Source: Macrostomum hystrix (lineage: Eukaryota; Animalia; Platyhelminthes). From it: a stretch of 64,000 nt of DNA. Under the pieces are notes generated by a model, which saw only the letters and a program-made list of their open reading frames with translations, had not been told where the DNA came from and did not search any database. The position numbers were made by a program, and so were the translations under genes. How positions within the stretch are numbered: position 1 is the first letter of the stretch; the number at the start of each line of letters is the position of its first letter. The stretch lies in NCBI GenBank assembly GCA_950097015.1, contig CATNEN010000038.1, positions 1,984,001-2,048,000 of the forward strand. The letters run 5' to 3'. This document shows, piece after piece, positions 62,154 to 64,000 of this stretch.

Positions 62154-64000
62154 ATAAGGAGTGGATGGGGAAGAGGAGTGGATGGGGAAGAGGAGTGGAT
62201 GAAGAAGAGGAGTGGATGGGGAAGAGGAGTGGATGAAGAAGAGGAGTGGATGGGGAAGAGGAGTGGATGGGGAAGAAGAGTGGATGGGGAAGAGGAGTGG
62301 ATGGGGAAGAGGAGTGGATGGGGAAGAGGAGTGGATGGGGAAGAGGAGTGTATGGGGAAGAGGAGTGGTTGGGGAAGAGGAGTGGATGGGGAAGAGGAGT
62401 GGATGGGGAAAAGGAGTGAATGGGGAAGAGGAGTGGATGGGGAAGAGGAGTGAATGGGGAAGAGGAGTGGATGGGGAAGAGGAGTGGATGGGGAAGAGGA
62501 GTGGATGGTGAAGAGGAGTGGATGGGGAAGAGGAGTGGATGGGGAAGTGGAGTGAATGGGGAAGAGGAGTGGATGGGGAAGAGGAGTGGATGGTGAAGAG
62601 GAGTGGATGGGGAAGAGGAGTGGTTGAGGAAGAGGAGTGGATGGGGAAGAGGAGTGGATGGGGAAAAGGAGTGGATGGGGAAGAGGAGTGGATGGGGAAG
62701 AGGAGTGAATGGGGGAGGAGATTGTATGATGAAGTCGAAGGGGTAGTGAAGGGGAGAATCGTGGATGGGGAAGAGGACTAGATCAGATCAAATTGAAGAG
62801 CTTACCAATTAGGAAGAAGTCAGTAAAACAACTCAGGATAGTTCCTTTCAGAATATAATGTTAGAGCAAACGTGACTCATTTTGAATAGCTGAGCTTCTG
62901 AGCAGGAAATGGTTGAATAGATGAGCAATGATTAGAATATTTTCTCTAAGATGACTGAGAAAATGAGTACCTTGAGAATCCTGCGATGCTACAGCGGTGC
63001 GAATAATTATCCTCTCCATTAGCAATGTAAAAGCGAGAAGAAAGTGGGAAGTTAAAAGTACACGCGGCCAAATAGCTGCAAGAGGCGATGCAAAGGAGGG
63101 GGAAATTTTCCTTGGAACTGGTCACGCAATCCGCTGGAACTTTTCCTTCATAGCCGCTCTCTGAGCACCCTTGTGAGCAGCATAGACTCATAGCCCTTTT
63201 AGCTTACTCGTGTGGCTTTTGAGAACTACTCCGCTGCTGCTGATGGGGATTCTTTGAGAACAGCGCCGCTGAGATAGCTATTGCACAAGGGGAGCTGATA
63301 ATTGGGGTAGAGGAAATTACTGCGAATCTGCAGTGCTCACTATTCAACCATTTCCTGCTCAGAAGCTCAGCTATTCAAAATGAGTCTGTCACGTTTGCTC
63401 TAACATTATCTTCTGAAAGGAACTATCCTGAGTTGTTTTACTAACTCATTCCTAATTGGTAAGCTCTTCAATTTGATCTGATCTAGTCCTCTTCCCCATC
63501 CACGATTCTCCCCTTCACTACCCCTTCGAATTCATCATACAATCTCCTCCCCCATCCACTCCTCTTCCTCATCCACTCCTCTTCCCCATCCACTCCTTTT
63601 CCCCATCCACTCCTCTTCCCCATCCACTCCTCTTCCCCATCCACTCCTATTCCCTATCCACTCCTATTCCTCATCCACTCCTCTTCCCCATCCACTCCTC
63701 TTCCCCCATCCACTCCTTTTCCCCATCCACTCCTATTCCCCATCCACTCATCTTCCCCATCTACTCCTCTTTCCAATCCACTCCTTTTCCCCATCCACTC
63801 CTCTTCCCCATCCACTCCTCTTCCCCATCCACTCATCTTCCCCATCTACTCCTCTTCCCAATCCACTCCTTTTCCCCATCCACTCCTCTTCCCCATCCAC
63901 TCCTCTTCCCCATCCACTCCTATTCCTCATCCACTCCTCTTCCCCATCCACTCCTCTTCCCCCATCCACTCCTCTTCCACATCCACTCCTCTTCCCCATC
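62154..64000. repeat. Long inverted repeat (arms 62154-62930 and 63331 to beyond 64000); each arm is a 17-bp GAAGAGGAGTGGATGGG array plus ~215 bp of unique sequence
   Basis: 62715-62930 is the reverse complement of 63331-63550 with a few substitutions and a 4-bp indel; ~400-bp spacer. Confidence 0.93.

Noticed and set aside
62154-64000. Foldback transposon
   Set aside because: Not excluded because the right end is outside the window, but the direct repeat flanks one arm only, which favours local inverted insertion.

Overview
Eukaryotic (animal) genomic DNA with spliceosomal GT-AG introns. GC-rich exons, polyQ tracts, intronic minisatellites and flatworm-type innexins suggest a free-living flatworm such as Macrostomum; this is an inference and was not checked. 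Seven protein-coding genes were reconstructed by hand from splice sites and reading-frame phase. Minus strand: a neurabin/spinophilin-like PDZ gene (partial), SCAI, a Tousled-like kinase, an atypical Rab-like small GTPase and a secreted Cys-rich protein with FN1/vWC-like modules. Plus strand: one complete innexin and exon 1 of a second innexin. About 28 tandem arrays fill the introns and intergenic space and explain most of the long ORFs in the ORF track. Also present are a tRNA-derived SINE family, a hAT-like non-autonomous element with an 8-bp target duplication, and two other dispersed repeat families. The most notable signals are: (1) evidence of locally templated copying, namely a ~770-bp inverted copy flanked by a 15-bp direct repeat, a 51-bp exon/donor fragment inside an intronic array, and arrays built from a real splice donor or a SINE A-box; (2) a TGACAG core shared by six otherwise different arrays; (3) sharply bounded CpG-depleted domains in the 5' introns of TLK and SCAI; (4) several divergent proteins. 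No prokaryote-type systems (CRISPR etc.) are present.
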